Source: an uncultured Treponema sp.
GTDB lineage: Bacteria > Spirochaetota > Spirochaetia > Treponematales > Treponemataceae
Assembly: GCA_946185925.1 (NCBI GenBank)
Contig: CAMHLH010000001.1
Coordinates: 1-44,480 of the forward strand
Length of the DNA stretch: 44,480 nt
Direction: 5' to 3'
Below, piece after piece: positions 44,390 to 44,480 of the stretch. Below the pieces are notes generated by a model. The model made no database searches and was not told the DNA's origin. It was given only the letters and a program-made list of their open reading frames with translations. The number at the start of each line of letters is the position of its first letter. Position 1 is the first letter of the stretch. A program made the translations under genes and the position numbers.

Positions 44390-44480
44390 CAACCTTTTTA
44401 TTGTATTTACAACATTTATTGTATTTACAATGTTTATTGTATTTACAATGTTTATTGTATTTACAATGTTTATTGTATTT
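44390..44480. repeat. Continuation of the 18-bp array; the last 55 bp duplicate bases 1-55 (circularisation overlap)
   Basis: 44426-44480 is identical to 1-55. Confidence 0.9.

Overview
The window looks like a complete circular extrachromosomal replicon of about 44.4 kb. Bases 1-55 are identical to bases 44426-44480, as expected for an assembler overlap. The host is most likely a pectinolytic Treponema-like spirochete; this is inferred from spirochetal-type lipoprotein signals, BspA/TpLRR proteins, the MCP and a STAS-Zn-ribbon protein. The backbone is contiguous across the junction: fused primase-DnaB helicase, an 18-bp palindromic repeat array (probable centromere/operator), parA, a small ribbon-helix-helix partner, a RepA_C-type initiator, an origin with six 19-bp iterons and five perfect DnaA boxes, and a divergent sigma-70 factor. 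Cargo: (i) pectin-foraging genes (two PL1 and one PL9 pectate lyase lipoproteins, an Ig-domain lipoprotein, and an orphan solute-binding protein paired with a chemoreceptor); (ii) an 11-kb six-gene operon of membrane protein, surface vWA protein, membrane protein, giant tubulin/FtsZ-like GTPase with polyproline-GYF tail, degenerate tubulin-like paralogue and lidless Hsp70, which is the best candidate for an undescribed system; (iii) a RavA/ViaA-like MoxR-vWA pair coupled to BspA LRR surface proteins; (iv) stand-alone tRNA-Gln(UUG) and tRNA-Pro(GGG) genes; (v) a BrnT/BrnA toxin-antitoxin pair between direct repeats; (vi) a Zn/Cd efflux module with an ArsR-AraC fusion regulator; (vii) a protease-less Lon-type AAA+ protein. 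I recognised no integrase, transposase, relaxase/T4SS or phage structural gene. All family calls come from motif recognition by eye, not database searches.
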